This document shows positions 1 to 9,076 of a stretch of DNA of 37,588 nucleotides, in pieces. Numbering within the stretch: the first letter of the stretch is position 1; every line of letters begins with the position of its first letter. Below the pieces are notes generated by a model. That model did not search any database. It saw only the letters and a program-made list of their open reading frames with translations, and was not told where the DNA came from. The translations under genes were made by a program, and so were the position numbers. The stretch covers positions 1 to 37,588 of IMG/VR virus record IMGVR_UViG_2563366827_000004; one strand, written 5' to 3'. The stretch is from a virus. Its lineage: Duplodnaviria; Heunggongvirae; Uroviricota; Caudoviricetes.

Positions 1-1167
1 TCAGGCCTTATGGTGGAAATAATCACTCAGGCGAGAAAACATGCTGCCTTCCCCAACAGATTCCAGGGTAACCAGCGGCCAGTGCGCCACCTGTTTATCA
101 CGGTCGTAAAGTTCAATTTCCCCTACCCGCTGATGGGCGCTAATTGGCGCGGTGAGTTCTTTACCATCAAGGGTATATTTGGCTTTGATATGTGGAATTT
201 CGGCTTTCGGTAGTACCATCCAGAACTCTTGTTCTGTTCCCAGGGCGATATTTTCTTTATCGCCATACCAGATGCGTTCCGTACCGACCTTTTTCCCACG
301 GTGCAAAATTTGCACCGTAGTAAAGTTTTGTTGCCCCCAACGCAGTAATTTTCTTGCCTCTTCCTCACGACCTTTTGCACTGTCAGCCCCCATTACCACT
401 GCAATGAGACGACGCTGCCCATCTACAGCCGAAGCAATGAGGTTAAAACCGGCACCAGAAGTATGACCCGTTTTCAGGCCGTCAACATTCATGGTTTTAT
501 CCCACAACAACCCGTTACGGTTTTGCTGGGTGATACCGTTCCAGGTGAGACTTTTCTCACTGTACATATGATAAAACTCGGGCTCGCCGTGGATGATAGC
601 ACGAGAAAGCACAGCTAAATCATAAGCCGAGCTATGCTGGCCAGGTGCATCCAGACCATGCACTGTTTCAAAATGCGTATCCTTGAGATGCAGCTTCTCG
701 GCATAGTTGTTCATCATTTCAACAAACTGCCGTTGCCCACCGGCAATATAGTCAGCCAGAGCAACACAAGCGTCATTTCCGGAATCCACAATTAAACCAC
801 GGCTTAAATCATGTACCGATACGCGATCGCCCTCTTTCAAAAACATCAGTGAAGAACCGACAAACACCGGATTATCTTTCGCCCACGCATCGCGCCCCAC
901 GGTGACAATATCGTCTGGCGTAATGCGATGACTATCGATAGCGCGATCCACGACATAACCCGTCATCAGCTTTGTCAGGCTGGCGGGATTGCGCTGTTGA
1001 TGCTCATTACCCGCGGTGAGGATCTGACCGGTGGTGTAATCCATCAGTACCCAGGACCCGGCATGAATCTGTGGAGGCTGAGGTGAAAAAGGAATGTTTT
1101 CCGCCGCAAAACCAGACGATAAGTTAAAAACGAACAAAGAAGCAGCAATAATAAGACGGCGTTTCAA
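1..1167 (-). CDS. dacD: D-alanyl-D-alanine carboxypeptidase DacD (PBP6b)
   Basis: ORF 1..1173 matches recalled E. coli DacD end to end (MLLKRRLIIAASLFVF...SRLSDYFHHKA). Probable TTG start at 1167, 7 nt after GAGGG, giving 388 aa. Confidence 0.9.
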   Translation of the reverse strand: MKRRLIIAASLFVFNLSSGFAAENIPFSPQPPQIHAGSWVLMDYTTGQILTAGNEHQQRNPASLTKLMTGYVVDRAIDSHRITPDDIVTVGRDAWAKDNPVFVGSSLMFLKEGDRVSVHDLSRGLIVDSGNDACVALADYIAGGQRQFVEMMNNYAEKLHLKDTHFETVHGLDAPGQHSSAYDLAVLSRAIIHGEPEFYHMYSEKSLTWNGITQQNRNGLLWDKTMNVDGLKTGHTSGAGFNLIASAVDGQRRLIAVVMGADSAKGREEEARKLLRWGQQNFTTVQILHRGKKVGTERIWYGDKENIALGTEQEFWMVLPKAEIPHIKAKYTLDGKELTAPISAHQRVGEIELYDRDKQVAHWPLVTLESVGEGSMFSRLSDYFHHKA

Positions 1168-1375
1168 CAGCAAACCCTCAGGAGTTTCAAATAGCTGTTC
1201 TTTTTACGGAAATACTTATGAACTGGCTGGAATAAAGTGCAAGAAAATGTGACTACTCTCTCATTTTTATCTGACATGATCTGTTGCCACTCGCTGTCAA
1301 ATTGTTGCGCTAAAGCTGATTAGCACGGTGATATTTGATACTCTGGCAGACAGCAGAAATAACGGATTTAACCTA

Positions 1376-1423
1376 ATGATGAATGACGGTAAGCAACAAT
1401 CTACCTTTTTGTTTCACGATTAC
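1376..1423 (+). pseudogene. sbcB: 5' fragment of exonuclease I gene sbcB, truncated by prophage insertion
   Basis: ATG ATG AAT GAC GGT AAG CAA CAA TCT ACC TTT TTG TTT CAC GAT TAC encodes MMNDGKQQSTFLFHDY, the recalled SbcB N-terminus. The frame then leaves SbcB and stops 4 codons later at 1436-1438. Confidence 0.6.
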
Positions 1424-1478
1424 GCGCAACACCCCTGAGAACCGCCATGAACAAGGGTTTCATGATTTGTGATTTTAG

Positions 1479-1502
1479 TTTGGTACGCAATTTGGTACAC
1501 AA
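1479..1502. repeat. Tandem 12-bp direct repeat TTTGGTAC(G/A)CAA x2, candidate integrase arm-type site
   Basis: tttggtacgcaa immediately followed by tttggtacacaa, about 55 bp inside the inferred prophage end. Confidence 0.35.
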
Positions 1503-1847
1503 CACAATTTTCACTTCAGCGGGTAGTCATCAAACTCACCATAACGAGCATCGTTAATGATGTATGTGATCACCACAAATATCACATCTGGACTAGTTCC
1601 GTCTTCATGCGCAGGTATCTGTTCACGCCTCCCTTTCTGCAAATCCTAAAGATGAGATTTTGGGGTTTTGGGATATCTTTTTATCCTCAGTTCTCTATCA
1701 ATTCTACAAAGCAGTAATGAACCATCACTATGTGATAGTGAGGCATCCGCTACATTAAGCGCAGAGAAATGATGCAGTGGTGGGCGGACTGGCTTGATGA
1801 AAAGGTGGAGTGATGGTTATTCTAAATAAAAATAATGCATTAATTTA

Positions 1848-1870
1848 GCCCTTACATTATCTGTAAGGGC
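1848..1870. terminator. Hairpin just downstream of the tailspike stop
   Basis: gcccttaca-ttatc-tgtaagggc, a 9-bp perfect stem. T-rich flanks are modest on both strands. Confidence 0.4.
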
Positions 1871-1883
1871 TTTGCCTTAAAAA

Positions 1884-3731
1884 TTAAAAAAACTCTTTTC
1901 CTGTTGTAAACATGCCTTCGGGAAGACGCGCACCGTTAACTGAAGAAAATATAGGACCATAATATTGCTTGTTATAGCTTTGTTGAAATGAAATATATCC
2001 ACCACCATATCCGTTATCTGACATATTTACTTGCGAAAAATAACAATTAATTGTTGACGCATCAATATCTCTAAACTGCTGCATGAATCCGCATTGGCCA
2101 ACAACAACATCACCATCATCTTCTTTTTTTGTTAAAATAGGAAGGTGAATCCAGTTAAAATTCCTTGCGCTCGTAGCCATATGTGTATACACGCGCTCGC
2201 AAATAATATCATCACCAGATGTTTTATTTATTGCATAATTTGTCACGTTTGCTCCATCGCCAAATATAGTTTCAGCAACATAGCTATATGTAGATGACGA
2301 AACTGTAAGCGTTGATGCTGTATGTAGTGTTACATGCCTTGATAAGAGCAATTTAGGAGCATAACCAGAATCAAGGTTAAAGGATGCATTTTCTGTCCTC
2401 AACCTTTGAAGAAAATCACTATGACCACCATGGTATGTACCGAAGAACTTTCCAGTTGATAATTCTTTTGCAGCAAACTCTGTTGCTCCATTCCCACCGA
2501 AGTAATATGAAGGCCCCCCATTCACAAAAGGAGTTATTGTTGCTATAAAATTGTCATAATCTAGTAATTCACAACATCCAAGGCTAAAAACGTTTAGCCC
2601 AACGAGATTTGCAGGTTGAAGCGTTGTCGTATCTGTATTTTCAACTTTAAGATACCAAGTTCCTCCAAGTCCATTTATTTCAATATCAATAGGAAGTGGT
2701 GGCTGACCACCTGGTAATATTTTTGTGTCAACGATCTTTTGCGTTGTCCAGTCAGTGTTGTTTCTGCTTATTGATATTGTTACTGACTTACTTGATGCAT
2801 TAGAGCATGCAAGTCTGACATGCGCTATGCTATTTGTTAACATATATGTTACATAAGCGTTTGTGGAAATTGAATAAACTTGAGGTGTGTTAAGGGTGAA
2901 ATCACCTTGTTCTGTTTCCGCGTGTATAGCGTCATCTGTTTTAGAAAAGCCATACAATGTACTTATTTGAGATTCAGTAAATGAAGATAGGGAGACGCCA
3001 GTGTCACTTTTTGTATGTGGTGATAATTTTGCGATAACTGCATCACTTACCATATATACACTTCCAGGCCTAAAAGGTGATGCCCCGCCATAGTTATTCG
3101 AGTCTGATGGTGAAACCTCATTTGTTACTCTATGAGAAATATATTTTCCTTTCCCATGACATCTTTTACTTATAATATAAAAGTCATTAGAATTTTCATC
3201 TTTGACTATTGCTTTTATGTGTGTTGTTATTGTAGGTGATGTTGGGGGGATGATTGATGTCACAAAGTTAACATCTATAGATTTTCGCACATTAATAAAT
3301 TCATCATCTATACTAGTAATTTTATCTTTTAACGTTCCATCTTCATATCCAATATTTTCAGTCCCATCAGGACCTGCGAGAGACTTTGATAGTTGATCCG
3401 GGTCATACTTCAGAACATTCGGAAAATAGAACTGCTGCGCACCATACGCATCATAAACAGCCATAGAGTGGCCTTGCACGGTTACAAACTTGGCAATCTG
3501 TCCGTTATATACCGGATATCCAGAAGCGTTAATGATGATTGGTTGCGAAACAGGAACGTGAGAACCGTCTTCATTTTCCACATAAACCTGAATCTGGTTT
3601 TCATGATTTACCGGGTCAGTGTCAATTTTACCGATATAAATTTTACCATTAGCTACGGCTTTAAAAGAACGAGCCATAGTGAAGAGTTGCGAAGGCATTC
3701 CTATAACCACATTTGGTGTTATATTAGTCAT
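1884..3731 (-). CDS. Tailspike protein with P22 gp9-like N-terminal head-binding domain and divergent receptor-binding body
   Basis: From the internal Met at 3731 the first ~110 aa (MTNITPNVV...RSFKAVANGKIYIGKIDTDPVN...VQGHSMAVYDA...VLKYDPDQ) closely match the recalled P22 tailspike N-terminus. GGA RBS upstream. The rest does not resemble P22. Confidence 0.85.
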   Translation of the reverse strand: MTNITPNVVIGMPSQLFTMARSFKAVANGKIYIGKIDTDPVNHENQIQVYVENEDGSHVPVSQPIIINASGYPVYNGQIAKFVTVQGHSMAVYDAYGAQQFYFPNVLKYDPDQLSKSLAGPDGTENIGYEDGTLKDKITSIDDEFINVRKSIDVNFVTSIIPPTSPTITTHIKAIVKDENSNDFYIISKRCHGKGKYISHRVTNEVSPSDSNNYGGASPFRPGSVYMVSDAVIAKLSPHTKSDTGVSLSSFTESQISTLYGFSKTDDAIHAETEQGDFTLNTPQVYSISTNAYVTYMLTNSIAHVRLACSNASSKSVTISISRNNTDWTTQKIVDTKILPGGQPPLPIDIEINGLGGTWYLKVENTDTTTLQPANLVGLNVFSLGCCELLDYDNFIATITPFVNGGPSYYFGGNGATEFAAKELSTGKFFGTYHGGHSDFLQRLRTENASFNLDSGYAPKLLLSRHVTLHTASTLTVSSSTYSYVAETIFGDGANVTNYAINKTSGDDIICERVYTHMATSARNFNWIHLPILTKKEDDGDVVVGQCGFMQQFRDIDASTINCYFSQVNMSDNGYGGGYISFQQSYNKQYYGPIFSSVNGARLPEGMFTTGKEFF

Positions 3732-3833
3732 GTGTGCAATCCTATTAGACTTGTTTGATAAAGAAGATAATGGAGTTAATGCTACAAATGACGCTATTGA
3801 TTTGAAAAATGATCTTCTATTCATATTAAACAC

Positions 3834-3862
3834 ACATTAATGCAGAAAATTTGCATTAATGT
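3834..3862. promoter_or_regulatory. Perfect 11-bp inverted repeat (acattaatgca-N7-tgcattaatgt) between ejection-protein gene and tailspike
   Basis: Seen directly in the 190-bp gap upstream of the tailspike start. Operator or RNA hairpin. Confidence 0.35.
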
Positions 3863-3922
3863 AAGCAAAAAGCGCAATCAACTCCATAGCAATTTAATTT
3901 TTAACTGTAATTTACATCTACA

Positions 3923-5920
3923 TTACCATGACAACGCATCAGACTTAGCCCCCTGCGTCATAGCGTTAATGGCCTTTTGCGCCTGCTGCATGGCTTTCTC
4001 GAACACTGTTGATCCGCGTGGGGTGTTTGCCATTCGGAGCATTGCATTTCTGAATGGCTCGCTCTCATAGGCGCGAGTAAGAAGTCCGTAGCTTACTGCT
4101 GCGCCAGTTGTTGCAGGGTTCATTGCCGTCCCATACCCGATAATGAACGGGATGGTTTGCTGGCCTGTTGGTGTTGTTACTGCCGCTTTTGCAGCCTGCT
4201 GCGTGGATTGCAGGTAGTTTTTTAATCCTTTCAGATAAGCAGCGTCCTGCCCCTTAAATGTGATGCCAGTCTGGTTTTGCAGGATGTTAAGCTGCCGAAG
4301 GAACTGGTCAGGGGATCCGCCAGATTTCTCCATCGCCTTTCCAATGATGCCATTGCGCATTTGCGCCCTGCCAACACGACCAACTGAGTTATACAGCGTC
4401 TTAATTTCCGATTTGTTCTTGCTGAATAGCATGTTGTTGACAACTTCCGGCGTCAGGTCTCCTTTCATGAGAACATTCTTCAGCCTGGTATTCTTTAGTT
4501 TCGCCGCTTCGTCAGCGTAGACGGCATTGGCCTGCTGATATTTACGGAGAGTATCGTTGCCAAGATTCTGACCAATGGCACCATTGATATCGTCGGTCAT
4601 CGCCTTGTAAACACGTTGAATGGCGGCATCGGAACGGTTTGGTAACACTGGTCGCTCCCCCTTCACGTCCATTCTGAACTGGCTGCGCAGATCGCTTAAT
4701 TGCTTCAAATCCAGATTAACCGGACCATCAGGGCCAGCATTGCGAACAAGCTCATCACGATATGACTGAAGTTTTGAAATTGTCTCGTTATCAGCTACCT
4801 TACCAAGCTTCTGCAGATTAGATATTTCTGTATCAATCTGCTGAATTGCTCGCGCAGGCTGAATGTTTACTCCAGCCATAGCATTCTGAACCTGCTCCAG
4901 TCGATTACCGGCGGCACGACGAATTCCTGATGTTTTCGCTTTAAGGCTGTCAATAACAACAGATGGATCATACTCACCGAATTTATCAGCAAATCTCTGC
5001 ACCAACTGACTTCTCGCTTCCTGTTGCGTTGCTCTCATTCCGCTTGTGCCAGCCAGGGGGATATTTTCTGCTGTAGTCTGCGCCATTTTCCCGACGCGGG
5101 AAGTAGGCTGTAACAGGTCTGTGGTGTGCAGAGGAACTCCTTCACGCTCTGCAAATCTGATAGCCTGCTGCGCTTCTGGCGCAATAGCACCACGAACGCC
5201 ACGATAAGCAGCACCTAATCCACGTCCGGCAGCGTTAATAGCACCGCCAGCCAACACACCAACGCCTAAATCGGTGGCGAGTGCTTCCGCATCATCTTTC
5301 GCACTATTTGCAGCAAGTGATCCAACTGCGTTTTCTGCGAGAAGTCGTGTTGCCCCATGAGCAATTCGACCAGCAAGTGTTGGTGCCTGTGTTGCCGCCC
5401 TCTCAACGCCAGCAGGAGTGAGGTAAGGCAATGCTTCAGCAAATACCCTTCCCTCTGTCGTTTGTGGCGTCAGCGCGCCTTGCTGAAGGCCAAAGTCCTG
5501 CTCTAATCCCTGCGTTGTTACTCGTGGTGCTGGTTGATATGTACCATCGCCAATGCCGAGTTTACCGCCAGCCCAAGCCGCCGCGCTTGTTACAGCATCG
5601 GCAACTGATGCAGGTATGTTTGCCACGTTCACGCCAGCCTGCACCAGTCCGCGACCAGTCTCTTTCACTGCTTCACCAAGATCAGGCATAAATCCACTTT
5701 GCTGTGGTTGTTGCTGTGCTACTGGTTGCTGTGTCTCCACTGGCTGCACAGATGGCAATGGATAGGCTGCATAGAAAGCTTGCTTAGCCTGCTCTGCATT
5801 TTCTCCGGCTTGCGGGGCCACGACTTCATTGAAGTATTGCTCCTGAGCCTGCGCTTTTTGTTCTGGTGCTAACGCCTGATACTGTGGAGAGGCGATAACA
5901 TCTTTCCATGCTTTAGCCAT
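3923..5920 (-). CDS. DNA ejection (injection) protein, P22 gp16 position
   Basis: 665-aa ORF at the gp16 position of the conserved P22 order 7-20-16-tailspike; start overlaps upstream stop. Assigned by synteny and size only. Confidence 0.6.
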   Translation of the reverse strand: MAKAWKDVIASPQYQALAPEQKAQAQEQYFNEVVAPQAGENAEQAKQAFYAAYPLPSVQPVETQQPVAQQQPQQSGFMPDLGEAVKETGRGLVQAGVNVANIPASVADAVTSAAAWAGGKLGIGDGTYQPAPRVTTQGLEQDFGLQQGALTPQTTEGRVFAEALPYLTPAGVERAATQAPTLAGRIAHGATRLLAENAVGSLAANSAKDDAEALATDLGVGVLAGGAINAAGRGLGAAYRGVRGAIAPEAQQAIRFAEREGVPLHTTDLLQPTSRVGKMAQTTAENIPLAGTSGMRATQQEARSQLVQRFADKFGEYDPSVVIDSLKAKTSGIRRAAGNRLEQVQNAMAGVNIQPARAIQQIDTEISNLQKLGKVADNETISKLQSYRDELVRNAGPDGPVNLDLKQLSDLRSQFRMDVKGERPVLPNRSDAAIQRVYKAMTDDINGAIGQNLGNDTLRKYQQANAVYADEAAKLKNTRLKNVLMKGDLTPEVVNNMLFSKNKSEIKTLYNSVGRVGRAQMRNGIIGKAMEKSGGSPDQFLRQLNILQNQTGITFKGQDAAYLKGLKNYLQSTQQAAKAAVTTPTGQQTIPFIIGYGTAMNPATTGAAVSYGLLTRAYESEPFRNAMLRMANTPRGSTVFEKAMQQAQKAINAMTQGAKSDALSW

Positions 5921-7215
5921 TAATCACCCCATAGTGAAGAAAAATTACTGCCAGTAGTAGGTTGTTGCGCTGGCGTATTCTGTACTGGCTCCTGATAATC
6001 AAACTGTTTTTTAACAGTGCTCAACTTGCTTTCAAGCTGATTTCTAATCTTTCCGATAGAGTCACGAAAAGCCTTTTCACTCATTTTGGGGCTTAGGGCA
6101 CCAACCGCATCGGATAATTTTTTACCCTCAGCATCTGAAAGAGCACCCATACCCTTCAGGGACTGCACCATAGGAAGGAATGTTTGAGCTTTAAAGGTGT
6201 CGAGCCTTGCTTCAAAGTTAGCCGCATCAGAGCCAGGAACTGTCGGAAACGCTGAGCGAATTCCTACTGCTTTTGAAAGGCCGGGGCTTTGCTCTATCTC
6301 GTTGAGAGAATCAAGCGCGGTGCTGAACGTATCAACTGCACCCTGAGCGGCGGCCTGCCTGTCAGCGCGGGCTATGTCAGCCTTTTGCCGAACATCTGCC
6401 TGTTTCTGTTTTAGCTCTTCAAGCTTTAACTGATTGCTTTCTCTGGCTATCTGTCTGTCCAGAGCCTTTTCTTGTAATTCTGCTCTTTGTATTTCTCGGG
6501 AAAGAGCAGCATTCTGTGCGCTGATGTTCTGTCCACGTATCTGGATGTCCTGACCTCGAGCTGTTAGTGCTTCACCTGCCTGATTGCTGCGGATTGTCTC
6601 TGCCAGCCTGCCTCGGTCAATCTCACGACCAGCCATCTTGTCCTGAACATTGAAGTAATCAATCGGACCAAGCGCGGCCATTCCAAGGTGATCAACAAAC
6701 TCACCAAATCCTGAAGGATTCTGCTGATACATCTGAGCAACGTTATTAGGGTCAACACCGACGCGCGCCAGCTCATTGGCGTTGTTTTGCAGCCATGATT
6801 GCATTGCTTCTGGAGACGATGACGCAAGGCGTGCGCCAGCCGCTAAGGTGCCGATAGAATTACGCTGATCTTCATCAATGAATCCCATGCCTTTACGAAC
6901 GGATTCAATCTGTTCTGGATATTGAGTAGCCAACTGACGCAAAGCTCCGCGATCACCAGACGCATAAGCATTAGCGTACGCCTGCTGAAATTCTTTCTGC
7001 CGCTGAGCCTGCTTTTCCTGCTGAAACACCCCTGCAATACCTGAAAGACCTTGCAAAGCAGTCAGCCCAACATTGTTAGCGCCTGAACGCTCAATATCAT
7101 TGTTCTGCCTGATAAGCTGAAGCGTATTGCCGATGTCATTTACGCTCGGAGCGTTTGAGTTGACGCCGCCGATACCAGCTAACAATCCGCCATTTGATCC
7201 TTGCCAAGTAGCCAT
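5920..7215 (-). CDS. DNA ejection protein, P22 gp20 position
   Basis: 431-aa ORF between the gp7 and gp16 homologs; synteny. Confidence 0.6.
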   Translation of the reverse strand: MATWQGSNGGLLAGIGGVNSNAPSVNDIGNTLQLIRQNNDIERSGANNVGLTALQGLSGIAGVFQQEKQAQRQKEFQQAYANAYASGDRGALRQLATQYPEQIESVRKGMGFIDEDQRNSIGTLAAGARLASSSPEAMQSWLQNNANELARVGVDPNNVAQMYQQNPSGFGEFVDHLGMAALGPIDYFNVQDKMAGREIDRGRLAETIRSNQAGEALTARGQDIQIRGQNISAQNAALSREIQRAELQEKALDRQIARESNQLKLEELKQKQADVRQKADIARADRQAAAQGAVDTFSTALDSLNEIEQSPGLSKAVGIRSAFPTVPGSDAANFEARLDTFKAQTFLPMVQSLKGMGALSDAEGKKLSDAVGALSPKMSEKAFRDSIGKIRNQLESKLSTVKKQFDYQEPVQNTPAQQPTTGSNFSSLWGD

Positions 7216-7224
7216 GATTACCCC

Positions 7225-7917
7225 TTAAAACAACGAGCCAAGCAATCCGATACCAGCACCAATGCCAGCGCCCCAAGGTGTTGATGTTCCCAAAAGGCTG
7301 GCAAGACCTGCACCGGCAATCGCACCAGACGTTCCGCCACTAATTGCTGTCTGAAGACTTGATGGTTTGTTGGCATTAGCAGCGGCAAGAGCTGCGCTTT
7401 GCTGTGCAATGCTGCTCATGTTGTTGGCGTATGTCTGCCCGGCGTTTGCCTGACCTTGCAGCGCACCAAGCCCAACGTTTGCCAGATTATTGTAATTGCT
7501 CATCTGATTTGATAACCAAGACTGACCGAGTGTCGGCGCGATCGTAGCCAGTTGATTGCTTGTGGCTGTCGAACCAAGTCCACCCGTCGCCTCCGCAGCA
7601 GCAAGACTCTGGTAACGAGCCTGACCTGCAAGGTCTTTATACTGCTGAGAGTTGTAATACTGATTAAGTGCCTGCCCCTGACCTTCTAAACTGGAAAGGT
7701 TCTGAAGCTGGTTAACATACTGCTCCGCAAGAGGCGTGAACGGAGCAAGGTTTTTCATGATCGTCTGCCACTGCTGATTTTGCAGGTCTGCGGCATACTT
7801 CTGGGCTTCTGCTGCATACTTTGCGCTTTTATCAGAGCTACCACCTTTCCCGCCTTTTTCAGGGCAATAAGGTTCCTCGCCACGCAGTTTTCTGCCTAGC
7901 TTAAATGCATATAACAT
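7225..7917 (-). CDS. DNA ejection protein, P22 gp7-like
   Basis: 230 aa; N-terminus MLYAFKLGRKLRGEEPYCPEKGGKGGSSDKSAKYAAEAQKYAADLQNQQ and the Gly/Ala-rich C-terminus match recalled P22 gp7. Confidence 0.8.
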   Translation of the reverse strand: MLYAFKLGRKLRGEEPYCPEKGGKGGSSDKSAKYAAEAQKYAADLQNQQWQTIMKNLAPFTPLAEQYVNQLQNLSSLEGQGQALNQYYNSQQYKDLAGQARYQSLAAAEATGGLGSTATSNQLATIAPTLGQSWLSNQMSNYNNLANVGLGALQGQANAGQTYANNMSSIAQQSAALAAANANKPSSLQTAISGGTSGAIAGAGLASLLGTSTPWGAGIGAGIGLLGSLF

Positions 7918-7919
7918 GG

Positions 7920-8375
7920 CTATCTCCTGTGATTCAGGAAGTCGATTAGTTCTTCGCGTGTGGCGCTGTAAAAAGTCACGTCATCCACGCCTTTAAAGTA
8001 TTTCTTGATGGTTCCGACACGCTTAAGGCCAATCATTGCGCAGTAAATCTGCCCGTGGCGGAATTTGCGTGCGGCGAACGATGTGACGCACTGAACGGTG
8101 GTGTTAGTCAGAATGTATCGCCAGAACGCCAGCCCGATTTCCTTGCTGAACCCACGAACCTCTGGCAGGTACATGGCGTGGCAATCGAATGTCAGCGGCT
8201 GAATCTCCTGATAGTAAACAATGCCGCCGAACTGCCCGTGCACGTTCACCTCAAAGTAACGGCAATCAGGTTTGTAGTCGTATCCATCACCGTTATTGCT
8301 CCCGGCGATAATGTCAGGGTGATTTCCGACAGCTTCGATCAGGTCGATGTTTCGCGTTGGTTTGAATGTAATCAT
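7920..8375 (-). CDS. Virion protein at the P22 gp14 position
   Basis: 151-aa ORF between the gp26 and gp7 homologs; synteny only. Confidence 0.5.
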   Translation of the reverse strand: MITFKPTRNIDLIEAVGNHPDIIAGSNNGDGYDYKPDCRYFEVNVHGQFGGIVYYQEIQPLTFDCHAMYLPEVRGFSKEIGLAFWRYILTNTTVQCVTSFAARKFRHGQIYCAMIGLKRVGTIKKYFKGVDDVTFYSATREELIDFLNHRR

Positions 8376-9076
8376 CAGTCAATCAGCCCATGTAATCTAA
8401 GTGCCGTTTCAAGCGCCAGAATACGCTGCCGAGCCTGCTGCAAACCTGTAGCGAGAGCCGCGACTTCGGATTGTGTGTACGTAGTGCCGACCGTGTATGA
8501 CTGGTTAGCGTTGAATGAGCCAAGAAGAGGTGTACCTGTGGCTGCAGTCCATCCGGTCTGCCTTGCTCCAACGACCTGAATTCCATCAACTGAATATGAT
8601 GTTTTTACATCCAGCGGTGACGCAAGAGACTGCGATTCGGTTACGGTTTTCGATACGTAATCACTCTTAATGCCAGAGACATCGTTTTCTACGTTATCCA
8701 GTCTTTGGTCAACAGTGACCAGATGCGCCTGAATATCGATAACCTCATCCAGCAAGTAATCAACATCGCTACGCAGTACGACTATCTTCCCTTCGGCAGT
8801 TGTTAACCTGACCTCAAGTAGATTTATCGCTTTTGTGTTTGCGGTGATTCTTGCATCGTGATCTGCCAGTTCGACGTCCTGTTCATCGTTTTTTACCTGG
8901 GCATCGTAAGCGCCCTGACCAGCCTGATTTGCCTTCCCAGCAATTGCACCGACATCAGCTCCCTGATTTATGACATACAGCAGGTAAGACTGGCTGAATA
9001 TATTGCGTGGCAAAATTGAAGCATCAAGGCGCGTAGCCTGAACCACGACAGGATCATTCAGTGATGAATCAGCCAT
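8375..9076 (-). CDS. Tail needle protein, P22 gp26-like
   Basis: 233 aa; [25 protein letters not shown]...[22 protein letters not shown]...RLHGLID matches recalled P22 gp26. Confidence 0.85.
   Translation of the reverse strand: MADSSLNDPVVVQATRLDASILPRNIFSQSYLLYVINQGADVGAIAGKANQAGQGAYDAQVKNDEQDVELADHDARITANTKAINLLEVRLTTAEGKIVVLRSDVDYLLDEVIDIQAHLVTVDQRLDNVENDVSGIKSDYVSKTVTESQSLASPLDVKTSYSVDGIQVVGARQTGWTAATGTPLLGSFNANQSYTVGTTYTQSEVAALATGLQQARQRILALETALRLHGLID

Noticed and set aside
1469-1717. 82-aa plus-strand ORF (GTG start, Trp/Tyr-rich) between sbcB fragment and tailspike
   Set aside because: No RBS, odd composition, and it spans the tandem arm-type repeats at the prophage end; most likely non-coding att-proximal DNA.
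1174-1883. tRNA or tmRNA integration target at the prophage end
   Set aside because: No cloverleaf-like sequence found by eye; the junction maps inside the sbcB 5' coding region instead.
3732-3833. N-terminal 34-codon extension of the tailspike ORF with an RRSFFK twin-arginine-like signal
   Set aside because: The conserved P22-type tailspike N-terminus starts at the internal Met (3731), which has its own RBS. The extension lies in the intergenic region and virion tailspikes are not secreted.
8055-8579. 174-aa plus-strand ORF
   Set aside because: Antisense to the gp14 and tail-needle genes; Cys/Arg-rich shadow ORF with no RBS.
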